Below the pieces are notes generated by a model. The model saw only the letters and a program-made list of their open reading frames with translations. It ran no database searches and was not told where the DNA came from. From assembly GCA_951406725.2 (NCBI GenBank), contig OX597832.1, positions 20,150,001 through 20,214,000 on the forward strand: a DNA stretch of 64,000 nt, read 5' to 3'. Both the position numbers and the translations under genes were made by a program. Of this stretch, positions 26,926-40,348 are shown piece after piece. This stretch comes from Octopus vulgaris (taxonomy: Eukaryota). Position 1 is the first letter of the stretch, and every line of letters starts with the position of its first letter.

Positions 26926-27679
26926 TGTTGTACATATATTAAACATACGTTATCCTTCATCAAACTGCTTTCAAAACGAGTGTGATTCGAATATACATAA
27001 ATATATTTGAGAGAGAAAAACAATAACAATAACCATTTAACTATTTATATTAAATTCTCTCTTAATTTTGATGCTATACTTGTGTATCTCCATATAAATT
27101 TGAGTTACGTTTAACATTAAAATTTTGTTTTGTTGCTGACATTTGTGCTTTTTCATGTACAACATGCCATTATGAAAGACTTCCCAATTAGCTTGTTACA
27201 TAAATATGATACACTTTTTCTTTTTATTTTCCAGAGGTTATTTTATGTCATTGATATTTTAACTGGTTAGTTTACTACTGATAAATTTATTTCTCACTAC
27301 TCCTAATTCTTTTATATGTCGCTTAAACATTTATAATGGAGAGTACATTTTCTAGGCTTATTGATGTAGCTCCATAAAGGAAGTTATATGTCAACATGTA
27401 ATAATATTTTGTTCGCATAGGTTATATGCTTAACTATTGATACAGTATTCTACCAAGCCTTCAATACTAGAGTGAGTAAATGTAAGCAGTGGGAGCAGTT
27501 TAAGATTAAAAAGGTGCTGAGTACAAGGGCAAAATGAAATTTAGGGGGGAAAATGTTTAGCGAATATCGTCAGGGAGTCCACTGTGTAGATATTAGTCAA
27601 AGAATAATTATGGTTAAAGCAGCATTTATAAGAACGATAATTGAATAACGTTGCAGCCTTGTAAATTGTTATATTATAT

Positions 27680-28080
27680 CAATTTTCCTCTAAGGAATAG
27701 AAACTTGGACAATGTAAACAGCAATGAAGGAGAAAATAGAAGCCTTAGAGATGCGAATCTTTCGCATATTCAAGAGACAAGGTAATAATAAACGTTACAA
27801 AAATACAAAAGCTGAAAGCTCAAAGATAGTTGTCGAGGTTCGGTTTACAAAACTATATTTTGATCATAAAATGCGACATGGGTTAGTGCTAAAATTCATC
27901 CTGACAAATAGTGTGGAGTGGAAAGAGGAAGAGTCCATGAAAGATGATTGTGGGCTGACGGTATTAAAGAAGGGGCTAGAAACAAGAGCCTTGCAGACTG
28001 TAAGTAGGGCAGCACAAAGCAAACCAATGGAAGAGTTTTAGCAAGCCAAATCCAGGTCAGAGGGAGGGCATCTGGCTGAT
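27680..28080 (+). mobile_element. Decayed RTE-clade LINE 3' fragment
   Basis: FL*GIETWTM*TAMKEKIEALEMRIFR ... KLYFDHKMRH.LVLKFIL..SVE.K resembles RTE LYG.ETWT...EA.EM..R and YFGHIMR motifs; in-frame stops. Confidence 0.8.
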
Positions 28081-28293
28081 GACGAAATTTAGAAGAGAAC
28101 TGAAAATATTTAAATGGTGAAGCAATATTCTTCTCAGCCACCCATAATATAGTCCGGGGCAGTGGGAGAAGTTAAAAGTAATCAGTGCTGAGTTCAGGAT
28201 CGGGGGAAAGGAGGAAACATATTTAGTATTTCTTTAGAAGGAAACTGAAAATATATCTTCCACGGTAGTTTTAAGTTTAGTATTTGCCCCTTT

Positions 28294-28603
28294 GTGAAGG
28301 AACGTGGCTTTATCGTTAAGGTATTCGGGTCGTGAGTTCGATTCCTGGCAGGGCATTGTAGCTGTGAGTAAGACACTTTATTTCACGTTGCTCCAGTCCA
28401 CTCAGCTGGCAAAACTGAGTAGTACCTGTATTTCACGGAGCCAGCCTTATCACAATCTGCGTCACGCTGAATTTCCCTGAGAACTACGTTAAGAGTACAC
28501 GTGTCTGTGGAGTGCTCAGCCATTTGCACGTTAATCACACGAGCAAGCTGTTCTGTTGATTAGATCAACAGGAACCCGCGTCGTCGTAAGCGAAGGAGTG
28601 CCA
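28294..28603 (+). mobile_element. SINE-C (tRNA head, CORE-like gagtaagacactttatttcacgttgctccagtccactcagctg)
   Basis: B box GAGTTCGATTCC; reverse-oriented homologue at 36715-37031. Confidence 0.85.
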
Positions 28604-29454
28604 GTCTGTCTCTTTGTAGAGTAAGATATGCATTTAGATATAAATGAAACACCACTTCGACAAGGGTCTTAAGACTAAAGGAGAAAATTAACTTTTTTGG
28701 TTTGCAGCTTTTAATCTATGACGTATTCTATCATATGTCTTTTGACGATGAATGCAATTCAGTCCGTTTTAATATGGAATGATTTAAAATTACTGATTTC
28801 CTTATTAGCTTGTTGTGTTTAGCTAAAGACCTGCAGTTTAGTTGAAATAGACTTTCACCTATCAATTTTAGAGTACAGCGTATGTATATCCTGAATTAAT
28901 AAAAAAAAATTAGTGAACAAAAGTTTAAGAAGAAACATCAAACAATTGTAGCATGAGATTAACAGAAGGGAAGAAGTTATAACATTGTACAAAGTAAATG
29001 ATGGCGCCGGTTATGAGATAATGAATTTGTCCTTTATAATTTGTAAACAGAACATGTTCATGTTTATGAAACTGGAACAATAGAGATTTAGAGATAAGTT
29101 TATCGTGTGACCTGGGACACAGAAGGCTGAATCTTATCTTGGTTTCGATGACCTTTGTAACTGAGGTTACATTCGTTCCTGAACGGGGAGCTGATATATC
29201 GAAGGGTTAACTTTGCAGCTATAGTTACAACTTATTTGCAGCAGAGGGGACAGGAGTATCATGAATTGATGAACTTACGACAGTGAGTGGAACATTCTGG
29301 CCAATAAGTCACCCGCCATCAAGAAAAACAAAGCATAAACGGAGATATCATCGCTGAAATCCATTGACTCGCATGTTTGCTTAGAATTGATGCAACTTTT
29401 TAAATTCAGTAGCGTACTACACGCTACATTGTTTCACTTGTAGGCGTGGCTCAT

Positions 29455-29671
29455 TTTACTCTTTACACTTTTACTTGTTTCAGTCATTTGATTGCGGCCA
29501 TGCTGGAGCACCGATTTTAGTCGAGCAAATCGACCCCAGGACTTATTCTTTGTAAGCTTAGTACTTATTCTATCGGTCTGTTTTGCCGAACCGCTAAGTT
29601 ATGGGGGCGTAAATACACCAGCATCGGTTGTCAAGTGATGTTGGGGGGATAAACACAAGCATATACACACA

Positions 29672-29718
<47 letters not shown>

Positions 29719-29875
29719 GACGGGCTTCTTTTAGTTTCCGTCTACCAAATCCACTCACAAGGCTTTATTCGGCCCGAGGCTATAGTAGAAGACACTTGCC
29801 CAAAGTGCCACGCAGTGGGAATGAACACGGAACCATGTGGTTGGTAAGCAAGCTACTCACCACACATCCACTCAT
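29455..29875 (-). mobile_element. SINE-B full length
   Basis: Same architecture. Confidence 0.92.
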
Positions 29876-30180
29876 ACGTCTGTGTAGTAAAAAACTTGCT
29901 TCCCAACCGTATGGTTCCGGGTTCAGTTCCACTGCGTGATATCTTGGGCATGTGTCTTCTACTATAGCCTCAGACTATCCAAACCCCCCGAGAGTGGATT
30001 TGATAGACGGAAGCCGAAATAAATCGGTTTTTGTTTATAATTTCCATCTAATTTATGCACATAACTGTAGAAATCGTTGCAGTAGCTTTACGAAACACAA
30101 CTCGATAATCGGTGCTGGCATGTTTACTTTCCCATAACTTAGCTCCATCGTGGCCACAGTTGACTGAAACAAGTAAAATA
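29876..30180 (+). mobile_element. SINE-B, decayed, head-to-head with the previous copy
   Basis: atggttccgggttcagttccactgcgtg...tcttctactatagcctc...gactgaaacaagtaaaa. Confidence 0.8.
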
Positions 30181-30467
30181 ACGTTTTCTAATGCCACTAC
30201 TGGCGATTGGTCAAATTAGAGAGTGAAATGTTCACGAATATATTAAAATCAAATTGATCCCCATACCTGGGGTATGTTTAATCGAATATACAAGATAATC
30301 ATATACTAACACGTGTATGTATATAAATATCAATACGCACATCTCTATGCAGAAGTGTATGTGAAATATGGAGTTCGATCTATTTGTGTCACATTTTGGA
30401 GGAATGCCAAATATCTTGTGAATAAAATTGGATAGACGGAATCTATGCAGGAGCAAAAGGTATGTTT

Positions 30468-30835
30468 TCTTATTTCTTTATTGCCAACATAGAGGGTCAA
30501 ACAAGGACAGACAAAGGGATTAAGTTAATTACATCGACCCCAGTGCGCAACTGGTACTTACTTAATCGACTCCTAACGGATGAAAGGCGAAAATGACCAT
30601 GACGGAATTTGAACTGAGAACGTAGCGGCAGACGAAATACCTATTTCTTTACTACCCACAAGGGTCTAAACAGAGAGGGAACAAACAAGGACAGACTCGT
30701 ACCTATTTAATCGACTCCGAAAGGATGAAATGCCAAGTCGACCTCGGCGGAATTTGAACTCAGAACGTAGCGGCAAGCGAAATACCGTTTAGCATTTCGC
30801 CCGGCGTGCTAACGATTCTGCCAGCTCACCGCCTT
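30468..30835 (-). mobile_element. SINE-A dimer
   Basis: Head near 30835; junction gaaatacctatttc at 30634-30647. Confidence 0.9.
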
Positions 30836-31537
30836 AAAAGGATGTTTACTACCTGCACTTCAAAGTTACAGTTTTTGTCATACGTTTCGCCACAATGATT
30901 CGGTCACAGAATTTTGTTAAGGGTACAGGATTTTTTTGAAAATTCTCTCAATTATAGGTGAAGTAAATTACCAGGTTCATTCAGTTGAACGTAGAGCTGA
31001 ATATCCATCGTCGACATCGACGGAGATCCATCGATATTTCTGTATGTATGTATGTAGATACGTATACACCCCCACACTCCCACACACAAAGACAGAGAGT
31101 GTGTCGAAACGGAAAAAGAAATATACGAGAAAGATGGGGATCGAGAAAGCCTACAAATATATTACTAACGCTTGTATTTTGAAGTGAAGACCATAATTTA
31201 CGTCTTCAACATGAGTTTCCGTGTGAATGGACAATGTTACATATAATGGAGAATATACCATTGCTTCAAACACACACATACACACACACACACAAACACA
31301 CTCATACGTCCAGACTCACATTCGTACTCGCACACTGGCACACACGCACGCACACGCACATGCACTAATATATTTATATTCATAGAAAACAACGTTTTTG
31401 TTCGCTGGCTCCGTTTAATATCATACGGAGAGATACAGAGGCAGTTTAGTACAAGCAGAAGAATAAGAATAACAACAACAATATTAATATTAATAACAAT
31501 AATTTCAGCAACAACAGTAGCAACAAGTTGTGGGGGT

Positions 31538-31853
<316 letters not shown>

Positions 31854-32105
31854 TGCGAGAGAAGCGATTGCAACAAGGTTTAGCAGCAGAAACCATTGAG
31901 AGACTATCTTTTGTACAAAGATATTTTTATATATTTTTTGTTAATTTTTATTTTATTTTTAATCTTTATTTCAGTTCCTTATTTATTATTATTATTTTTT
32001 TTACCTTTTGCGTTTTGTTCTGTTTCCATAAGCAATCAAAAGATTGTCATCGGAGATGCATTGAAATGCATTGAAAAGCATCGAGGAAAAGAGATAGAGA
32101 GATCG

Positions 32106-32140
<35 letters not shown>

Positions 32141-32966
32141 GAGAGAAAGTTTAAAATGTAGGAAAGAGAAAAAAAGAGAAAAGGAGAGAGAGAGGAACTC
32201 AAGAGACACTAGGGATTTCACTAGACAAATACAATAAGCGAAACAAACAACAGCAACAACGAAAAATATCTATATATACATAGAAGGGAAAACAAACATA
32301 CGTAGAAGATAGCGTGTGTGTATAACGTCTTGGTGAAAGAGTGCTGAACAGAAGAGCAGAGATATTCCCAAAGGGACGACATCATGGAAAGTAGCTTGTG
32401 TTTAGAGGTTCATCCATGTACCACTAGCACGCTATCATTGATATGATTTGAAACAAATATCGTTACTTATTACTTCTTATTGTTATTGTTACTGTTGCTG
32501 CTGCTCCTGTTGTTGTTGATGTTGTTGTTGTTGTCCATGCGAATACATTATTTTGTTTTTCTTTCCTATATAGATTCTCGTTCTATTCATCAACATATGT
32601 ATCCCCCAGGGTTTCTCGCTTTTATTTCTCGTTTTGGTTTCTTTTTATTTTATCTGTTTTAATTTTAGCGTAGCTGTTTTGTTTTTCTCAGGAATAAAGC
32701 TAAGCTTTTGTTTCTAATACATATATATATATATATGTATGTATATCGGTGTGTGTATGCATATATGGATGTGTGTGTATACACATATCAGTTAATTGTC
32801 TCTAATTGACAGAAGTTAAAAATGAATGCCTTGTGAGTGGATTTCGTAGACGGAGTATGAAAGAAGCCCGGCCTATATGTGTGTGTGTGTTTGTGTATGT
32901 GTGTGTTTGTGTATGTGTGTGTATGTGTGTATAGAGTGCTATATGTTATTATTATTATTATTATTA

Positions 32967-33038
<72 letters not shown>

Positions 33039-33164
33039 TTGAGTGAGAGAGTAACGCGTGCCATCAAAGTGACACTAGGGTAGAAATATACGAAGCCCAA
33101 TATACCCATCATGACAACCAGTCTGATAAGTGTACACTAGGCACATGCATCACAACTATATGTG

Positions 33165-33500
33165 CGTTCATTCCCACTGCGTGGCACCTTGGGTAAGTGT
33201 CTTCTATTATAGTCTCGGGCCGACCAAACCTTGAGAGTGGATTTGGTACATGGAAACTTAAAGAAGCCCGTCGTATATATATATTTGTTTGTGTATGGGT
33301 GTATGTATGTCTGTGTGTGCCTGTGTTTGTCCCCACACCATTGCTTCATAACCGCTGTTAATGTGTTTACGTTCCGAAATATAGCAGTTCGGCAAAAATG
33401 ACCTATATAATAGGCTTATAAGGAATAAGTTCTTGGGTCGATTTGTTCGACTAAAGGCAGTGCTCCAGCATGGCCGCAGTCAAATGACTGAAACAAGCAA
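33165..33500 (+). mobile_element. SINE-B, 5' clipped
   Basis: cccactgcgtggcaccttggg ... cagtcaaatgactgaaacaag. Confidence 0.88.
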
Positions 33501-33527
33501 TGGAATAAATATATGTATGTAAGTATT

Positions 33528-33942
33528 TGTACGATGTGGAAAATATACCGCCAACTTTGCCCAAACGACCTAAACATTAGCTTTAAGGTTCATCCAAGAC
33601 TTGAACCACGGGCTATACGTCCCCTGCCCAATTCAAGATCACAACATACATGTACACTGCAACATAATTTCTTTTCCTCAACAGGCCCTGCCCTATTTAA
33701 CATTGTCCCGAGGGAGATCAAAGAGGAAAAGGATCCCATCAACTTTAAACAGAGTCTGGATAGATTCCTTCAAAGAATACCAGATAAGCCACCCATAATT
33801 GGATACAACTCACCCAACAAGAACTCAGTACTTGAACAAAACTTGACTTAAACAAGATTCGAATAATCCTATCAGGTGGTGCCATTAAGTTAGACATGGC
33901 CTGGACCAATCTTTGGTCGAAACATATCTAAGTTTCTAAGTT
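33528..33942 (+). mobile_element. CR1-type LINE 3' fragment
   Basis: MWKIYRQLCPND...NFFSSTGPALFNIVPREIKEEKDPINFKQSLDRFLQRIPDKPP matches the CR1-group ORF2 C-terminus (F....P.LFN.LP....FK..LD.FL..IPD.P). 3' stem-loop gacca-atctt-tggtc and (ctaagtt) tail. Confidence 0.85.
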
Positions 33943-33953
33943 TTATATATATA

Positions 33954-34320
33954 CTAGCAGTATCGCCCGGCGTTGCTCGGGTTTGTAAGGGAAATAACTA
34001 TAAAGCATTTTTAGCGAGTTATAGCCAAAAAATGGAAAAAAAATGATGGTAAATTTTTTTTAGTTAAAAAGGTCGAGTTGCGTCCCCTAGACAGTCTGTG
34101 GTTTGTGTTTCTGATTCTCGACCCCATGTCGAATTTATCGATTTTTTTCAGAACTGGGGGAACTTTTCAAAATTTTCGCTGCGTTAGATTTGAATTATAC
34201 ATTGGGCTATGTGTGTGTCAAGTTTCATCAGAATCGGTTGAAAGCCATGGTCAGGGTGAGGATACAACCTAACAGACACACAGAAACACACACAGACAAA
34301 CTGCCGTTATATATATATAT
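33954..34320 (-). mobile_element. Non-autonomous Helitron
   Basis: Minus strand: (TA)n-aacggcagtttgtctgtgtg ... hairpin cccgagcaacgccggg, then cgatactg-CTAG-t. Confidence 0.8.
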
Positions 34321-34458
34321 ATATATATATATATACGTATTCGTTAATTATTAATGCGTTAAATAAATGTATATATAATAATTTATCATATATGTATATG
34401 CCTATAAAATTATTTATCATATATATATCATTATCCATATATGTATATGTATACATAC

Positions 34459-34492
<34 letters not shown>

Positions 34493-34621
34493 GCATGTAT
34501 GTATGTATGTGTGTATGTATATTTACAATTTATCTATGCATTTATATGCATAGATATAGTGACAGAGAGAGAGAGACAGAGGGAGAGGCAGAAAGAGATA
34601 GATAGACAGATAGATAGATAA

Positions 34622-34679
<58 letters not shown>

Positions 34680-34929
34680 GAAAGTGATATACGCACATAA
34701 AGGATGTTAGAGTAGCGTTCATTAAGTGCTATGAAATTTCATTGCATATGTCAAACCACTGAGTAGAAATAAGAGCAATTAGTAGATAATTTTTCCTGTG
34801 ATTTCAATCTCTTAATTAATCAGCCACCTGGAAAGAGTTGCCGATTCTGTTGCTCTTGATACGGAATTATACCAAGGAAAACACGAAAATGGGACGCATT
34901 GAATAAAAATTTCAATAATTAGGAAACAG

Positions 34930-35106
34930 GTGCAGGTGCGTCTGTGGGGCAAGCAAATTGCTTCCCAACAACATAGTACCGGGTTCAGTTCCACTGCATG
35001 GCACCTTTGGCAAGTGTTTTCTCCTATGACCCCGAGCTAATCAAAGCCTTGCCTTGTGAGTGGATTTGGTAGACGGAATCTGGAAACGGACCGTCATATA
35101 TATCTA

Positions 35107-35167
<61 letters not shown>

Positions 35168-35395
35168 CTCTCTATCTATATATATATATATATATATATA
35201 TGCATTTGTGTGTTTGTGTGTGTCACCTCACTATCGCTTGACAGCGATGTTGATGTCTTTATGTCCACGTAACATAACGGTGCGGCAAAAGTAACCGATA
35301 AAATTAATTACTAGGCTTACAAAAAAATAAGTCGACTTGTTCGACTAAGGGCGATGCTTCAGCATGGCCGCAATCAAATGACAAGAAAAAGAAAA
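34930..35395 (+). mobile_element. SINE-B, diverged, internal (TATC)n
   Basis: gggttcagttccactgcatggcacc ... cagcatggccgca. Confidence 0.85.
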
Positions 35396-35954
35396 AATAC
35401 AAAACAAAGAAAAGTGTCGCTATTTTAAACGTTGAAATGTCTTTCTTCATAAGTCGGTTAGACAAGAAAAACAACAAGAACAACAAACAACCATGACAAT
35501 ATACACCTGCGTATTCCACCAAAGTCTTTTTCTTCATCATACAACGTTCATACTAACTACACAATTAAGTTAATTACATATAATTATGTCTTATGTATTT
35601 AATTACAACATTTACTACTAAAATATAAGAACGTATGAGAAAATATTCTTATGTAAATTTTAGTTTCTGTCTTTCACTATTTCTGCCCTCCAAAGCCTCT
35701 CTCTCCTTCTCGTTCTCCCCCTCTCTCTTCTTCTCTCTCTCTCTCTCCCCTCTCTTTCTCTCTCTCTCTCACTCTGTTTCTGATTCTTTGTTCCAGTTCA
35801 TAACCTTATCTTTCTCTCTGTCTACATAACCTTCTAACTCCCGAGTTTGGAGGTTTCTAGCCGCATTTGTGCCTTGCATTTTATTAGACTACATTTTGAA
35901 GATTTGTTAACTACTTATTGTGTCATATGCGATATAGAATAATGGAAGTATGGG

Positions 35955-36503
35955 TGGACAGACCGGCCGACCGACCTACCGACTGACTGATGGAGCAACG
36001 GACGGTCGAGTTGACGGACAGGATGGATGGATGGTAGAACGGACGGACTGACGGATGGATGGATGGACGGACGGACGGACGGACGGACTATCGGATGGAT
36101 GAATGGATGGATGGATGGATGGATGGATGGATGGATGGATGGATGGATGGATGCACGGATGGATCTATGGATGGATGGTAGAACAGACGGACTGACAGAT
36201 GGATGGAGGACGGACGGACAGGATGGATGGATGGTAGAACGGACGGACTGAGGGATGGATGGCTGGATGGACGGACAGACTGTCGGATGGATAGATGGAT
36301 GGATGGATGCACGGATAGATGTATGGATGGATGGTAGGACAGACGGACTGACAGATGGATGGATGAATGGATTGTTGGGTGGTAGGACGGACCTGACGGA
36401 CGGACGGATGGATCATAGGACGGATGGATGTACAGATGGATGGATGGATGGATGTAAGAATGGGTGGATAGGCTGACCGGCGGACAGCTGGAAGGATGGA
36501 CGG
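35955..36503 (+). repeat. (GGAT/GGAC)n tetranucleotide tract with higher-order duplications
   Basis: Seen directly. Confidence 0.95.
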
Positions 36504-36714
36504 TTTGCAATGGTTTCCAACAATAAGGATTCAGTTAGTCTATCAACTGAATAACCTGTTCCTGAATTACAGTAGAAATATCTGAGCTACCCACAGACAC
36601 GTGACTCATGACGTAATCCTCAGTTATAATAACTGTGACACAGTGCGTGACAAGGGTTTGACTCTCAATCACTGGCGCAATTGATCCAACACGTTTTTAT
36701 ACAATTTTCCGTTC

Positions 36715-37031
36715 GGATTCCGTCGGTAACGACGCCGATGATGGTTCCAGTTGATCCGATCGACAGAAAAGCCTGTTCGTGAAATTAACGTGTAAGTGGC
36801 TGAGCACTCCACAGTCACGCTTACCCTTAACGTAATTCTCACGGAGATTCAGCGCGGCAAATGTTATGACAAGGACGGCCCATTGAATTACAGGTACCAC
36901 TCATTTTTCCTATTTGAGTGGATATGAGCATCGTGAAATAAAGTCATATTCAAGTACATGACACGCTGCCGGAAATCAAACCCATATCTTCACAAGCCGA
37001 ATACCTTAACCAGTAAACCACACCTTCACAT
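36715..37031 (-). mobile_element. SINE-C
   Basis: Reverse-complement homologue of 28294-28603. Confidence 0.8.
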
Positions 37032-37166
37032 AGATTAACCTACAGGTCGTGAGACGATCCTAGACTATAACATATGACCATTGCCTATACTTACAATGGA
37101 GAGGGAACAAAACACTGACTAATTTGAACCCCTGTTATCCGGAATTTTTATTTCCTAAAATAAATT

Positions 37167-37204
<38 letters not shown>

Positions 37205-37207
<3 letters not shown>

Positions 37208-37617
37208 TCTTTTACTCTTTTACTTGTTTCAGTCATTTGACTGCGGCCAGGCTGGAGCACAGCCTTTAGTCGAGCAAATGGACCCCGGGACTTATTCCTT
37301 GGAAGCCCAGTACTTATTCTATCGGTCTCTTTTGCCGAACCGCTAAGTGACGGGGACGTAAACAAACAAGCATCGGTTGTCAAGCAATGCTAGGGGGACA
37401 AACACACACACACACAAACACAAACACACAGACATACACACATATATATATACATACATAAATACGACAGGCTTCTTTCATTTTCCGTCTACCAAATCCA
37501 CTCACAAGGCATTGGTCGGCCCGGGGCTATAGCAGAAGACACTTGCCCAAGATGCCACGCATTGGGACTGAACCCGGAACTATGTGGTTGGTTAGCAAGC
37601 TACTTACCACACAGCCA
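37205..37617 (-). mobile_element. SINE-B full length
   Basis: Same architecture. Confidence 0.92.
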
Positions 37618-37628
37618 TATGTATATAA

Positions 37629-37667
<39 letters not shown>

Positions 37668-37952
37668 AATGAAAATGGCAAAGGGATATGCAGTTAACTT
37701 TAGGATTTCAGTAGCTTACAGCTGTTTCTGCGAAAGTGTGAGTAGGACTCATATTGGGGTCCTTGATTATGACCTAACCTTATTGGACCCTCAATCACGA
37801 ATTAAAATTTTATTGGGTAAACAATTACATTTAAGTATTTAAAACAAGGTGTTCCTCCCATAATCAGAATAAAATTAATTTTAAAATGTGTAGAATGATA
37901 GGTATACTAAGATGAACAGAAACAGTAATTAGAACTATCAGTAAGAATATAC

Positions 37953-37991
<39 letters not shown>

Positions 37992-38091
37992 CATTCATAT
38001 ATATACATATATACGTACACATATATACATATATATATACTTACACATATATGCATATATGTATGTGCATGCATATATGCATATAAATTAT

Positions 38092-38123
<32 letters not shown>

Positions 38124-38139
38124 GATATATATATATATT

Positions 38140-38208
<69 letters not shown>

Positions 38209-39038
38209 CCTCCGAACGTGCATGTAAGCATAAATACATGCACATATATGCGAATATACGTTTATATGTTATATACATACATAAATACATACGTACATAA
38301 TGCATGCATACATAGATGCATACATAAATACATACATATATACATACATACATGCATACATACGTACGTACGTAAATGTAAAAACAATTGAGAAACCAAA
38401 GCACGTAAACAAACATTTATGCACATTCGAATGCAGGTATAATGATCCGTTTTTCATTTGTTTGATAACAAAACATCACTAATTCAAGCAAACGCACTCA
38501 TAATTATACACACACCTACGTGCTTCCATACATGTGTGTGTGTGTCATTGTTTGTAATTGTATATACGTGCGTAAGTTTGCCTCTAATCATAATCATATA
38601 TGAACTATAAGCTCAGATTATGAATGTAGGTAAGTGAAATTATTATGCATGTATGTATACATGCGCGATGTATACATTTTCATAGTTTGAGTGTATTAGT
38701 GTAATTTATTATACTTCTACGTCTATTGAAATTACAAGCTCAACTTACAATATACTTCCGGTATGTTTGAATAAAATCTCGTTTGAAAAATTTAAATGAA
38801 ATGCAAATGCACATTGAAAATTTTCGTGCAAATATATCAGATGACAAATGTGTCGTATACAAGACATTAAAATAAAAACACGGACACGAAATATCTGTAA
38901 CGAAACCACACCAGACGACGATTGCATTACACCTGCGCACGCGCACACACAGAAACACATAGACACGCAACATACTCACATACATACATATTCACACACA
39001 TATATTAATACATATATATGATACATACATACATATAT

Positions 39039-39069
<31 letters not shown>

Positions 39070-39070
39070 A

Positions 39071-39157
<87 letters not shown>

Positions 39158-39372
39158 GATAGATATATAGATTGATAGATAGATAGATAGATATCAACAT
39201 GCAAACACCGCATATACACACATATATATGTTAGTATGTTTATGTATACGTATGTGTGTATGTATGTATGTATGTATGTATGTATGTATGCATGCATGTA
39301 AATATGTATATGTATATGTATACATGTGCTTGTGTGCGTGTGTATGTATGTATGTATCTATCTATCTTTTTA

Positions 39373-39413
<41 letters not shown>

Positions 39414-40108
39414 GCAAGTATGTCTACGTAGATATATATATATGTTTGTTTGTTAGCCCTATGAAATGAGATAAATTATTATTATAAAGTTTGCACATTA
39501 TTTAGAAATATTTAAAAGGAATAAAGTTACAGAATATAAAACTAAACTAAATTCAAAATGCAAATACGGTAGAAGGCGTCGTCAGATAATTGTAGTCAGA
39601 AACAATAGACATTCAATAGAAGTTACTACGCCCGGAAGCGGTAACTAGCTTAAAAACCAATACCACTTCGTGCTTCCTTAGACATATATCTAGCTACTCA
39701 TGTAACTATTATTGGATTTCTATCCTCAGGGCGGTGGCACGGCAGAATGGTTAGAACAGCGAAACAAATGGCTTGCAGTATTTGATGACGCTCTATAGGT
39801 TTTGGGTTCAATCTACCATCAAGATCATCTTTGCCTCTCGTCCCCACTTGTTTTGTTTCACTAACGTATCAGACAATCAGTGGCTTTTTTCTATTTACCC
39901 AGTCAACATCCTAACTTGCAACGACTGCAAGCCTTGTGCGTAACTCAGAGACAATTGTTACCAAGCCGCTATCATCCTCATCGTCATCCTCATGATCATC
40001 ATCAACATCATCATAATCATCATCATCATCATCATCATGAACATTAGACGGCCACCTGGTTGATTCGCTTGAGTACGGAAACAATATCACCGTGATATAT
40101 ATATATAT

Positions 40109-40312
40109 AAATGTGACCTCGTGTGTACCGTTGGCTTTTTTTTTTACCTCTGTCTTCCCTTCTCTGGATCTTTCCTTCTCCTATGTTTCTGACGAAGAGC
40201 TCCGCTCGAAACGTTAAACCCTCCTTCTTTCCTTCTTACCTGAGCGTCCAATAATACTATATTTGTTCCACGTCCTCGCGTTGTTGTGTTTTTTGTGCTT
40301 TCTTGTTTGGAT

Positions 40313-40318
<6 letters not shown>
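40109..40318 (+). mobile_element. Penelope-like terminal fragment (copy 3)
   Basis: Homologue of 990-1198, flanked by (TA)n. Confidence 0.65.
40185..40219 (+). ncRNA. Candidate minimal type I hammerhead ribozyme
   Basis: GUUU-CUGACGA-A-GAGC(UCC)GCUC-GAAA-CG-UU-AAAC: both core boxes, 4-bp stem I, 4-bp stem II, palindromic ACGU in place of stem III. Confidence 0.6.

Positions 40319-40348
<30 letters not shown>

Noticed and set aside
36027-36476. MDGWMDG-rich ORFs superficially like cephalopod reflectins
   Set aside because: They are translations of (GGAT/GGAC)n and lack the Tyr/Arg/Asn-rich composition and the reflectin repeat motif.
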